A stretch of 64,000 nt of DNA. Source: Eledone cirrhosa. Taxonomy: Eukaryota. The notes below the pieces were generated by a model. That model had not been told where the DNA came from. It saw nothing but the letters and a program-made list of their open reading frames with translations, and did not search any database. The position numbers were made by a program, and so were the translations under genes. Positions 50,888-63,040 of the stretch are shown here, in pieces. The stretch covers positions 30,628,001 through 30,692,000 of the forward strand of contig OZ024752.1 in NCBI GenBank assembly GCA_964016885.1, given 5' to 3'. Within the stretch, counting starts at the first letter, position 1. Every line of letters starts with the position of its first letter.

Positions 50888-52421
50888 GTAATATATTTAG
50901 ATACTTTAATTTCTAAACTGTTACATAATTTACACATGTAAACAGTAGAGTTAGGTGGAACCAATTATGCCAGTTGACAAGGTCCGATGAATTTGAGGGG
51001 ACCTAGTACACTCGCGTTTTATTTTTTTTTGTAGATAGAGTTCGATTGTTAAGATCCCGGACCTCATTTGCTTTCCGAATGGAGGTGGAACTCGTCAAGT
51101 CGGACCAAGGAAACAATGCTTTCATTGGTCTTTCCATTGCTGATTCTATCTAACGGTCGCAACTCTGTTATTTTATTTGTAAATACATCATATACACTAC
51201 TTGTAAATACGTCATATATACATGTATATACCATACAGGCATATGCTCTTTATGTATATACCATACATGTATATACACAACATGTATATACACTACGTGT
51301 ATACCATACATGTATATACCGTACTTGTATATACACTACATGTATTTACCATACATGTATATACACTACATGTGTATATACAACATCTATATACCATACA
51401 TCTATTTAGACTACATATATATATATACCATACATGTATATAGACTACTTGTATATACACCTTACATGTATATATATACAACTTGTATATACACTATATG
51501 TATATATATGTGTATATATCCTATATGTAAATACATTACATGTATATACCTATAACCCAATCATCAGTCATATTTATTTAGCTGTTTGAAATAGGGCTTG
51601 TAGTATATCAGTTAGCTTGGACCTGGTTATTACCTAATGTAGTGTCACACAAGCGTGTTGAGTATGGCTACATTCCTGAAAATATGACCAGAACCAAAAG
51701 CAGTAGAGGTCAACCAGGGAGGGGATTCCTCTAACAAGAGTGAGAAAACCCTGGATTGGATTTAGTGTCCAGCATTACAATCTATAGAAATTGTAATTTT
51801 TAAAAATTATATACAATATATAATTACCAACGCATCAGCAACTGACTTTATGGGACTTTCTATATATTATCATATAATTACCAGCCATTTAACACCAGAA
51901 GCTACCTTTATAGGACTTTCTAGAGTGTAATTAACCAGAACAGTCTTCTTGAATGTTCCTACAGTGACCCACTATACCTGCTCCCCCTCTTTCAATGTTT
52001 TTGTATCCCAATGAAATCTTATATTGATTGATTTTGTGTCTGACTAGCTTTGTACCCTTCTATGGTGAATGTTTTTAGTGTAACAGAAACTATACCAGAA
52101 GGTCCAGCAGCCTTTTCTGCCTTCATGCCCTTAATTGCTTCATCCATCATTTTCATTGAATTGATTGAAAAGATCCCTGACCTCATTTACTTAATGTTAA
52201 ACTGGATCAAGGAAACAGTGTTTCCATTGCTGATACAATTTATTAGTAGCAACTCCTGGCAGAAGTTATCCCTCATACTGCTGTCAATTTTGGTAGCTGG
52301 TCCTTTTTGTTGTATTGGTCTAGTGTAGCCCCCACTCTTCTATTTATTCTCCTCAGTCATGTCATATTCTATTACAACTGTTACCAACTTTTAAATTGAA
52401 ATCTAATATTTGTTTTTTAAG

Positions 52422-53345
52422 GATGAAGAACTTGAATTTCTTCGGCAGTGTGGCTTATCCGAAGATGAGATATACATTAAAAAAGAACATGATTCTCCTG
52501 CAGAAGAAATACCAGCTCAGAAACGGAGCAGATATGGAATGAATCCTATTGTACAAAAGGAAATTATACAGAATATAAATGAAAAAATAAACGAGAAAAA
52601 GGCTAACTCTAAAATCCCTAATTCATTTAATGGGGCCCGCAGTATAAGTCGACTTCGTATGGAATTGGAGAATGCTGTAAGAACACCAAACGAAACTGGT
52701 TTCTTGAACTGTCTGATAACCACAAAGACCAAAGATATCGACATGTTGGGTGAACACCCTATTAATCATTTGAAGGATATTTCTGATAGTTTATTGACTA
52801 AAAAACGTAAAATTCATTCATCTATAAAGAAGGATGATGTCTTTGACAAAACAGAAACTGATAACTCGGAATCAAAGATAGAAAATATCTCTGACACTTG
52901 GGAAATTTTACCTGAGAATAATCACAAAGTTGATCAGGTTTCAACTCTTGATGAACATTCTGAAGTTGACAGCAAATGTATTTCCCCTGTCAAAGATAAA
53001 GTACAACCTATACCAAAAGAATTAATTTCAAAAAATTGTATTTCAACAGAAGAAATCCTTTTAATTGATCGATTTAAAGAGTATTCTCCTGGTGACAAAA
53101 ATAATACTTTATATTTGAAGAATCTTTCTAAAAAAGTCATTGAATACGATCTGATGAAACTGTTTTATCATTTTCAAACAGAAACATTTCCAATTAGTTA
53201 TAAATTGCTCTCTGGTAAGATGAGGGGTCAAGCTTTTATAACTTTTGAAACAGCAGATCTTGCTGAGGCTGCATTGGAATTAGTTAATGGTTATGTTCTG
53301 AAAGGTAAACCCATTATCATACAGTATGGAAAAAGACAATCTTAA
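52422..53345 (+). CDS. RBM41: RNA-binding protein 41, coding exon 2 (C-terminal RRM)
   Basis: Acceptor ttttttaag|GAT. DEELEFLRQCGLSEDEI continues the N-terminal block. The C-terminal RRM (LYLKNLSKKV...SGKMRGQAFITF...ALELVNGYVLKGKPIIIQYGK) is of RBM41/RNPC3 type. A single RRM argues for RBM41 rather than RNPC3. Confidence 0.88.
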   Translation, partial: DEELEFLRQCGLSEDEIYIKKEHDSPAEEIPAQKRSRYGMNPIVQKEIIQNINEKINEKKANSKIPNSFNGARSISRLRMELENAVRTPNETGFLNCLITTKTKDIDMLGEHPINHLKDISDSLLTKKRKIHSSIKKDDVFDKTETDNSESKIENISDTWEILPENNHKVDQVSTLDEHSEVDSKCISPVKDKVQPIPKELISKNCISTEEILLIDRFKEYSPGDKNNTLYLKNLSKKVIEYDLMKLFYHFQTETFPISYKLLSGKMRGQAFITFETADLAEAALELVNGYVLKGKPIIIQYGKRQS

Positions 53346-53447
53346 TTTATTTTCCCTCCTCAAAAAACCCCCAGAAAAACAACAAAAACAAACATCAAAC
53401 AATTACATGTTTTGTTTAATCTGTTAAATATTAAAGTACAAAATATA

Positions 53448-53453
53448 AATAAA
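53448..53453 (+). promoter_or_regulatory. Candidate polyadenylation signal of RBM41
   Basis: AATAAA ~100 nt after the stop codon. The AT-rich context makes this weak. Confidence 0.4.
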
Positions 53454-54094
53454 TATGATAGAGAAACGCTATAGTTTATGTTAATTACTGACACATGGAA
53501 GTGATTAAATATAATAAAATGATATTTTTATAATTTATTTCTAGGATATAATTACATAAATGTTCAGCATATATGTACAAATGACATACAAGAATAAATG
53601 TATGAGTAACTTTGGAGAAATAATTTACCAGGACAAATGTAGGTTTAGAACCCAGGACTTTGTGATTGGAAAACAAACTTCTTATTGTAGCAACGGGATT
53701 AATATAGGAAATCCATTGTGTGTATGTGTAAATTTTAAAGAGTTACAGATGGATATATATTATCATCATTATCTTAATTTAACATCCACTTTCCTTGCAA
53801 GGGTTGGATGGGTTTACATTGACCAAATCAGTATTGAAGTGGGTTTACTGACTTCCCAGACAGGCCGAGGGATCTGTATCCTGATCGAGTGCAGAGAAAT
53901 TGTCATATCTTTTGACACAAACTGAAGGGTCCTCCCAACCCTTTGTTTGGCAAGCTTTCTATGGCTGGATGGCCTTCCTAACACCAAACACTTTACAGTG
54001 TGTATTGGGTGGGTTTATTGTGTAGATCACAAATACTAGGGAGGTTGTAATGTCCTTGACACAACTAAAAGGTCCTCCCAACCCTTTGTTTGGC

Positions 54095-54479
54095 AAGCTT
54101 TCTATGGCTGGATGGCCTTCCTAACACTGACCACTTTGTAGCATGTACTAAGCTTTCTATGGCTGGAAGGCCTTCCTAACACTGACCACTTTGTAGCATG
54201 TACTAAGCTTTCTATGGCTAGATGGCCTTCCTAACACTGACCACTTTGTAGCATGTACTAAGCTTTCTATGGCTAGATGGCCTTCCTAACACTGACCACT
54301 TTGTAGCATGTACTAAGCTTTCTATGGCTGGATGGCCTTCCTAACACTGACCACTTTGTAGCATGTACTAAGCTTTCTATGGCTAGATGGCCTTCCTAAC
54401 ACTGACCACTTTGTAGCATGTACTAAGCTTTCTATGGCTGGATGGCCTTCCTAACACTGACCACTTTGTAGCATGTACT
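54095..54479. repeat. 55-bp tandem repeat x7 derived from the SINE/LINE 3' core
   Basis: AAGCTT recurs every 55 nt. The unit contains GGCTGGATGGCCTTCCTAACAC. Confidence 0.92.
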
Positions 54480-54867
54480 GGGTGCTTTTATTGTATATAA
54501 ATATACAAACATGTGGTACATTATTATGTTTGAGGAGCAAGATGAAGTCCTCTCAGACTGTGCTAACATGGAAAGGATATATGATAATGATGATGATACT
54601 TTGGACTTACATTATCTCAGATCTTAAATCCTGGCATAAGAAATGTTTGTTTCTGTCTTTACTGTAAGATATATTTCTGTAAATTTCCTTTCACTTTGAT
54701 TTTTTTAGATGATTATAGACATCTACTAAATACAGTGGTTAACATGGTACTGCTGTTATAGACATCTACTAAATACAGTGGTTAACATGGTACTGCTGTT
54801 ATAGACATCTACTAAATACGATATATAACATGGTACTGCTGTTATAGACATCAACTAAAAACAATAT

Positions 54868-55096
54868 TGAACCCTTTAGCATCTAAACCGGCCATAACTG
54901 GCCAGAAGTTTCTCGCCTCTTTCTGTTCAAACCAGCTGTAACTGGCTGCTCATACTGATTTTAAGATATTGTTCTCAAAATAAATAATATCAAAATCTCA
55001 TAGATTTGATATTACGTGAAATAATTATGTAAGGTAAAGTGTTTGCCGTGAAAATACAATAGTATATATAGAGTAATGTAAATGCTAAAGGGTTAA
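54868..55096. mobile_element. piggyBac-like MITE, intact
   Basis: Same TIRs and body as the other copies. Confidence 0.85.
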
Positions 55097-58000
55097 CATG
55101 ACTGCTGTTATTTGAGTGATTATATGCTACCTAACAGTATTGTCTATGTGGGGTCATCATCATTTTGACATCTATTTTTCCATGCTTGCCTGGGTTGGAT
55201 GGGTCATTTTCAGTTTAGCATCTCTCCACTTGTTGCGTTCCTTTGTCATTTCCTCTCTGAGTTTCAGCGATTTGAGTTCAGCTCTCACCACCTCCATCCA
55301 AGTCTTCCTTGCTTACCAAAATCTGTTGAGAATATAATTAATTGCTCTCAAAACATACAAATAATAAAGGGTTCCACATGATATAAACTGTCTCGAGCCT
55401 GGAAGTTCATCAGGCTGGTGCTTATATTTGTTTCTGTGGCATGAGGATGAAAGTACAAGATTCTCCTTGGACAAGATACCAGTCCATCACAGTTAAAACC
55501 CCAATTACTAATTGTATTCATTTTCAGTTGAGTTTACTGAAGCAACGTGAAATGAAGTGTTTTGCTCAAGAACACCATACACAACCCAGTCCATGAATCG
55601 AACCTAAGACATTATTATCGTTAGTCCAACACCCTTACCACAAGGTCACCTGCCTCTACTAAATATCCAACATGGATATTTTAATATTGAGGAATCTATA
55701 GTAAACTATATATCTATATTTGCTGAGATAACAAAAAATGCACCTGACTACATATATACGAGGCTGAAACGTGCATAGGCTATGAAGAAGTGATGTTAGA
55801 GCTGTGAAATCTTGCATGCATTAATTTCCAATCTTCTTCTCATTAATAACTGCATTTTTTTCTTTCCAGAAACTATATTGAAAAATAAACCTCATTTAGT
55901 CATTCCATGTATCTTGGTCGGCCTATGAACTTTTGAGCCGACATTCGTATAAAGTACATATTACCAAAAACATTGTAATGTGGCCGTGTAGGTAACACGG
56001 TAAAAACCTCCCAGTACACACTGTAAACGTGGTTGGTGTTAAGAAGGGCATCCAGCCGTAGAAAACCCGCCAGACAGTCCTGAGCAAGACAACCAATCTT
56101 GCCTCAAGTGGACAATTCCCGTCCAGACCCATGCTAGCGTGGAAAATGGACGTTAAACGATGATGATGATGATTATGTTTAAGATAGTGTTAGAGCTTAT
56201 ATTTTTTAAAATATATACTTTATTAATAAATGTACCGTTTCTTAATAGTGTAAAGTAAGGGAAAAAAAACTGACAGAACAAGAATCTGAGAGAAAAATGT
56301 AATGGAACTTTATAATTAAATAAAGAACGTTAGTTTTCTCAAAAGAATGTTACTATTGCTAATAAAACGGAAGTGAATCTAGATAAGTCGCTTGACCTGA
56401 AAGAGATAGCGGTCACATTTCCCTGTCGTCTTAAAAAAGTGGGTAAACTATTGTATAATGTAGTCTCTGGTATGTACACAAAATATAGCTTGGATAATTC
56501 TAAACACAGATCTGTTTCGATCAGAACTAAACATCAACAACCATTTCCAATCATGACTTAGTCTGGCTATCACCTACAGCAATGTTTCGAATATGTTAGC
56601 TTACCTAAAAAATCATTAGAGGGAAGTCCCAACGTTCCTATATAAATCGTTTTCTTCTATTTGCCTTGGACATAATTTAATCCTCACCCAACGATGCTGA
56701 AGAGAAGAGCCAGACTGTTAAAAGCAGTTACAGCCGTGTTTAGTAATGTACATTAGACATGGGAGATCCTTAGTGAGAGCGAGGCCTAGTTTTTGGAGGG
56801 AACACCAAGGTTTTGCTAATTTCATGTTGTTAATATTTAAAGGTGGAGAGATGCAGTGATGTTTTAGTACCATAGACATGTATTAAACGAAGCAAATAAA
56901 CAATTAGCCTGTTAAAATTCAAACACATTAGTACTTCCTCCCAGTGTGAACCTAATATGACTTTGTATTTTTGCATCTCTGTGTTTGTTTTGTTTCATTT
57001 ATCAACTGTTTTTCCACGCTTACGCGACCCACCAGCCATTCGTCCCTGAATACTGATTACCATGAATTAACCAGCCTCCGGATTGCCGAATTTTGGACTG
57101 CTATATATACACACACACATGTATATATATATATATATATATATATTTATAAATGGAGATACCTACTGATGCTGGGAAGCTGAATATGCTGTTATGCTGG
57201 AATACATCGAAGGTAAGTTCCATAAGTTAGCTTTTATATGTATTTAAAGACATTTGGGTGTTGGTTTTTCTAGGAAGATTTGTCTGCTATTTTTAGTTTA
57301 TTGAGTGATCGCATAGGGACTTTTCCTGTTGAGATGTGCTAGAAATAGCAGCCAAATCTCCCTAAAAGACCCACTGAACGATACAGTGCAGTGTCATCTT
57401 CGATACACAAAACGATACCTTGTTGGGTTAATCAAGGGTAGGCCGTCTTTCGTTCGAGGTCTGCTTCCGCAGAGTTGATCCCTGGTTTATCAGCAAACCC
57501 TATATATATATATAAAGTTCTGCGCTAGTTTTATAAAACATTCTATTTCAGAAGTTTATTCTGTTAATCTCGGATGTGGGGAAAAAACAAAAGAACCACT
57601 GAGAGTGGTGTGTTTTATGGAGTTTCTACCTCTAACACATGGGTAAATGGTAAAATCATCGAGTTTCTAACCATCCACTATTAAAACTCCAGCTTTTCTA
57701 ATTTATATTATTGCCGTAAATGCATGTTATTATAAGTTTTAAAGAGTTTTAAACTGATTCAGTACTATTTAATAAACAGACGACAGTTGAAAACTTAAGA
57801 TAGGTTATCTCCCCTTCGACTACATTTGAACCAAATATCTACACACTTATTTTCCAATGCTCAGTTTTTCTCCTAAATCATAGTGTTCGTCGTTCAATTC
57901 CTCGTACATTATAAATCTAGCGAAGCATATTCGATTCGTGTACATATACGTATATATTATGCATTATCGCGTAGTAAAGAAGGTAGTGTAAGAGCTGATA

Positions 58001-58460
58001 TATTATATATTTATGTTCATACTCAGAACAAAAAAGACTACCATAGTTTTCAAGGCCCAGTTATGGCCACCTCCCCTTACTGTGTTCGGTCTGGGGAGAT
58101 GGTCATTACGAGACATGGAAACCAAAGTTAGCGCTTTCCAATTCTGTCTATGAACATAAACAAATAATATGTATGCATATTCGGATAGAAAGCTTTATGG
58201 TATTCGTTCCGGCTCTCTCCACGCTGAGTTCAAATCCCGCCGAGGTCAACTTTGCTTTTCATCTTTTCGAGATCGATAAAAAAAAAAGGTACCGGTCTAG
58301 TACTGGGGTGGATTCTTCCTCACTTCCTATGTTTCTCGGGAAGAAATCTGCTGTACTCAGGCCTGGAGAGGGATGGGCTCCACCAGTCTTAAAATGTCAA
58401 GGAGTCAATATGGCGCCTCGACGACTCCACCAGGAGTTACGAGAACATATATATATATAT

Positions 58461-58825
58461 ACATACGATATTAACAAATGGAAACTATATTTATAAAACC
58501 ATATTTATTTTATTATACATATTTCAAGGATACCACGTTAAGTTATGGTATGCTTTCATCAGACAAAATACAATATAGATCAGTTTTATAAATAAATATT
58601 GACTTACCCTTATAAAATGCAACCATTACTGTTGAAAGCTCCTGGAGCTTCCAAAAGTAACGGTTGCATTTTATAAGGGTAAGTCAATATTTATTTATAA
58701 AACTGGTATATATTGTATTTTGTCTGATGAAAGCATACCATAACTTAACGTGGTATCCTTGAAATATGTATAATAAAATAAATATGGTTTTATAAATATA
58801 GTTTCCATTTGTTAATATCGTATGT
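58461..58825. repeat. Fold-back element (~182-bp arms, centre 58643) containing hammerhead motifs
   Basis: Arms are reverse complements with few mismatches. (TA)n lies on the left and after a ~90-nt tail on the right. A partial extra copy sits at ~59085-59145. Confidence 0.9.
58716..58780 (+). ncRNA. Type-I hammerhead ribozyme motif; mirror copy on - strand at 58506-58570
   Basis: TATTTTGT-CTGATGA-AAG.ATACCAT(loop)GTGGTAT.CTT-GAAA-TATGTA-T-A-ATAAAATA: 8-bp stem I, canonical core, ~10-bp stem II, near-palindromic stem III, AUA triplet. Confidence 0.8.
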
Positions 58826-59753
58826 TTACTCCAAATACTTGTTGAGTGCTTTATATCAGTTATAAAAATATTTGCTTGTTGTATCCCAACAATTTAAATA
58901 GAACTTTTGCATAAATATATATATATATATATATATATATTGTACGCAGAGTTCCTATGAAATATCAAAAGGCTGAGCACTATCATATGTAGGGAATATA
59001 ATTTTTTTTTTAAACACTTTAGTCTTTATTGATATAAACAATCAGTTATTTAATTTATAACAGTTTTTCTTCTGGGGTATAATATTAATAAATGGAAGCT
59101 ATCTTTATAAAACCATATTTATTTTATTATATATATTTCAAGGGAACCAAAATTTATATATATATGTATATATATAGAACGTTAAATAGCTTTGATTTTA
59201 TTTTGTAAGGTTTACAATACATTAAAAGGTGATTAAAAAATATCAATATATATATTTTAACGTGGCTGGCTGTATGATTAGGAGTTGTCACTAAGATAAC
59301 CTGAAGATCGAGACAGACCAAAACTCTTTGAATGGATTTAGTGAACAGAGAATAGTTTTCGTCTGGCCGGGGCGCCAACTCGCACGTAAAATGTCACACA
59401 TCACAACATGGTTACCTCCCCTTGACTAGGTTTTCATTAATGTGTCTGCACACACGCATTTCTATTCTAAACGCGTTTTTTTCTTCTCAGTTCATCCTAA
59501 CTTCATCGTTCATTTTACTTGAGTTGCACATCCAGTGGATCCTTTTCGATTATTTGACATGTGCACATTGGAATATATATACAATATATATAAGTATTAA
59601 AGTACAACACATTCTATGTATATATATATATATATCTATATCCAAAATTAAGATAAATCAAAATTATGGGTGTCATGCCAGAAAGGCATGCGCCATATCA
59701 CCCGCAAAATAAGCTCTAAGATTCTAATGAATAGGTCCGAGCATTTTATAACA

Positions 59754-60372
59754 ACTAGAAATTGATTAACATATAAATAAACATGAATAATCACAGGAGA
59801 TAATTTTTACAAGTGTGTAAGCACACACAGCTAGGTAGGTAACTATATAAAGTTAACTAGAACTTCAAAAATAGATACCTTATAATATGATTAATCTTCC
59901 CTGTATATATTCCATTAAGGAATATATTTCACCAATTAATCGAATGCCGGTACTTGGATTTTCAACAAAGAAGAAGTCCAGCGGTCTATGTTTACGCATT
60001 AAGTTCAAATCAGTGACTGGCCAGTTACACGTGCTGTATCTACTAGAAATACACACATCATACCAGCTTCGTCCCAGTGGCGTGAATAGGGTTATCGACA
60101 ACTAGAAACAGCAGTCAAGTCCTTTCAACAGGGTTAGCTCTACAATTAAGGAGCCGTATTTATATATCTATATCCAAAATTAATCGATTAATTGGTGAAA
60201 TATATTCCTTAATGGAATATACACACGGAAGATTAATCATATTATAAGGTATCTATTTTTGAAGTTCTAGTTAACTTTATTTAGTTACCTACCTAGCTGT
60301 GTGTGCTTACACACTTGTAAAAACTATCTCCTGTGATTATTCATGTTTATTTATATGTTAATCAATTTCTAG
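59754..60372. repeat. Inverted repeat (~190-bp arms, ~240-bp spacer) with a hammerhead-like motif on the - strand
   Basis: 59754-59943 is the reverse complement of ~60186-60372. Minus strand reads TTGAAAA-TCCAA...TTGGT-GAAA-TATAT-TC. Confidence 0.85.
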
Positions 60373-61499
60373 ATGGGCAGTAGAACTGGGTGAGAGAGGG
60401 AGGCATAATTCCCCTAATGATTATATTTTTCACAAGCTACCAAAACGCATATCTATTTGTATATGTGTTACAATTTATGTACATATATTTATCGCATATC
60501 AAAGTTGTTTTTTTTATATCTTGGTTGATATTTGATAATTAATATATTATCTTAACTTTCATAGTAAATTTGTTGTCATGTCATAACTTTTTCTCAACAT
60601 AGCACTGTTTGTCAATTGCTAGTATGTGTATTCAGAGACAGATTTCATAGGTCATTTTGCTATGATCACTTTATAATTATTGAAAGCTGTAAATGTAATA
60701 TGACCTGCTGCAACTCAAATTGTATTTTCTGGCCATTTTAGAATGCAAACTTTATTGACCAAATCTGCCCCCACCCCCAATTCAGAAATACTTCTACCAC
60801 CCTTGTAATTTTTTTTTCTGTTGGTTATAAAAGGCAACTAATTGGCAGAGTCGTCAGCATGTCAGATAGAATGTTTTGTGGTATTCGTTTCAGCTCTATG
60901 CCGAGATCAACTTTGACTTTCATCCATTTGAGTCAATAAAAAAGTACCAGTCTAGCACTGGGGTTGATTCTCTTTCTTACTTCCATTCTCTCGAAGAAAT
61001 CTGCTGTAGTCAGACCTAGAGAGGAGATTGGTTTTGCCCCATTTAAAAAATCCCAGACATGCCCCTATGATTCCCTCATTGAAACCAACAGAAGTCCATT
61101 CCATACAAATTACTATGCATCATCATCATCACCGTTTAACATCTATTTTCCATGCTAGCATGAGTTAGACGAGATAAGTCAAATTGGATGACTGTATTTT
61201 GCTCTTACAAAACTAATTCTGACTTGGTTTCTATAGCTCAATGCCCTTCCTAACACTAACCACATTTATAGTGTGCACTAGGTCATTTTGGTGCCATGAT
61301 AAAAAGAACTAACTGATAGGACGGACTGGGTACTTATTTATAGTGTTAGCAGCATGACCACATTATAGGGTGGGCCAGGTGCTTTTTGTCGTGTCACCAG
61401 CACAATCACCTTACAGAGTGGACTGGGTGCTTTATTGTGTCACTAACATAACCACTTTCCAGAATGGTTTCAGTTATAATAAATATAGCCTTCTCTTCT

Positions 61500-61690
61500 T
61501 TAACCTTTTAGCATTTACACTACTCTATATCTACTATTGTAGTTTCATGGTAAAGGCTGGATCTTACATAGTATAGAATCTATTATATTTTGAGAACAAT
61601 ACCTTAACATCAGTATGAGTGGCTAGTTACAGCCGGTTTGAACAGAAAGAGGTGAGAGAATTCTGGCTAGTTTAAATGCTAAAGGGTTAA
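61500..61690. mobile_element. piggyBac-like MITE
   Basis: TTAACCTTTTAGCATTTA...TAAATGCTAAAGGGTTAA. Confidence 0.8.
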
Positions 61691-62276
61691 TAACCATATC
61701 TCATGTTATATACTTTCCATTCTAGAACAATCTTTTACACGTCATACCATACCAGTTTGAAGACACTAATTACTTTGGCTAATGTGACTGATATTTGTAT
61801 TTAAGTATCATAAGCCAGTTGACTCTCTCTGTCTCTAAAATGGAAATTAGATCATGCAATTTTGTGGCTGCTTTGTAATTGAATTATGAAGATACAGCAG
61901 TACTTTTCCACTGGCAAGAGTCACTAACAAAAATGTAAACATGAGACAGTTAAGGTTGTCATGAAGGAAATATATTATGGAATGGACTTTGATTTGAGAG
62001 CAATTGGGTCAATCTAAATACATTTCAGTTGTTTTGGCTTTGACTGTACATACAATGTAAACTATAAACAAACTAAAAATGTATTTCATCTGAAATATGC
62101 TGGATAAATGAGAATGAGGTAGTTGCAATTTAAACTAGATTAACTTAGGCAATATACATGTTGAGTGAAAGAAGTATGTTAAAATATGGAGGCTTATAGC
62201 AGCAAGAGAAAAGATAAACTTAAAGAAGCTTGGTATCAAAGGAAACACAGCTTCTTGGAAAGTGGTTTTCTCATAT

Positions 62277-62335
<59 letters not shown>

Positions 62336-62336
<1 letters not shown>

Positions 62337-63040
62337 TCTTTAGTTTTTGCCAAGTTGACTTCAAGATCTTTTGATTCTAAGCCATGCTTCACAATTTGGA
62401 ATTTCTTTAATTCAGTTATAAGGGTTACGGATTCCCCATGAGCAGCCAGTATTGCCTGGTTTACAATGCAAGTGACTATGGTGTGACCATCATTCCTGAT
62501 GGTCTCAGCATCTCGGCAAGTATCCCCAGGTGTCCAACTGCCCTGCCTGTCTTCATATTCTTGATTGCCTTACTATACTACTGCTGACTTGAACAGTCAG
62601 TGCCTCTGTTGGGTTGACTTGGGGCAAACTATTTTTATCTCATGCATTTTCTTCATTCAGTAATCTTTCACCATGGCACTTCCATGCTACTCTTTCAGCA
62701 TCAATGAGTGAAAGTTCGGACACATTTCTCACAACCCCCTCTCCGACACACTGTCTTGTGATCCTGAACAACTTATACTTTTACTCCTCACGCTGCAAAA
62801 CATGCTTAAATTTTTTTACTTTCTGCTTCCCTCTTGCAAGGTAAACATGTCACCTAGCTTCTCTTTTAACATCTGGTAGACTTCTCTACTATCCCCATTT
62901 TACCATTCCTTCCATGCCAGTTTTTTTGCCCACTTTACTATTCCACTATCAAGCCACTTTCCTTCTCCCTAGAGACCTACTCCAACTACAGATTTCATTT
63001 GTTGCTTTCAGTAGCTTTTCTTTCAGGAGTCCATTGGTGA
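62336..63040 (-). mobile_element. Heavily decayed RTE LINE fragment
   Basis: KHGLESKDLEVNLAKTK and IKNMKTGRAVG pieces are similar to the 38.5-40.8 kb LINE. Confidence 0.7.

Noticed and set aside
52410-53345. Assignment as RNPC3 (U11/U12-65K)
   Set aside because: There is no N-terminal RRM, and the N-terminal block matches RBM41.
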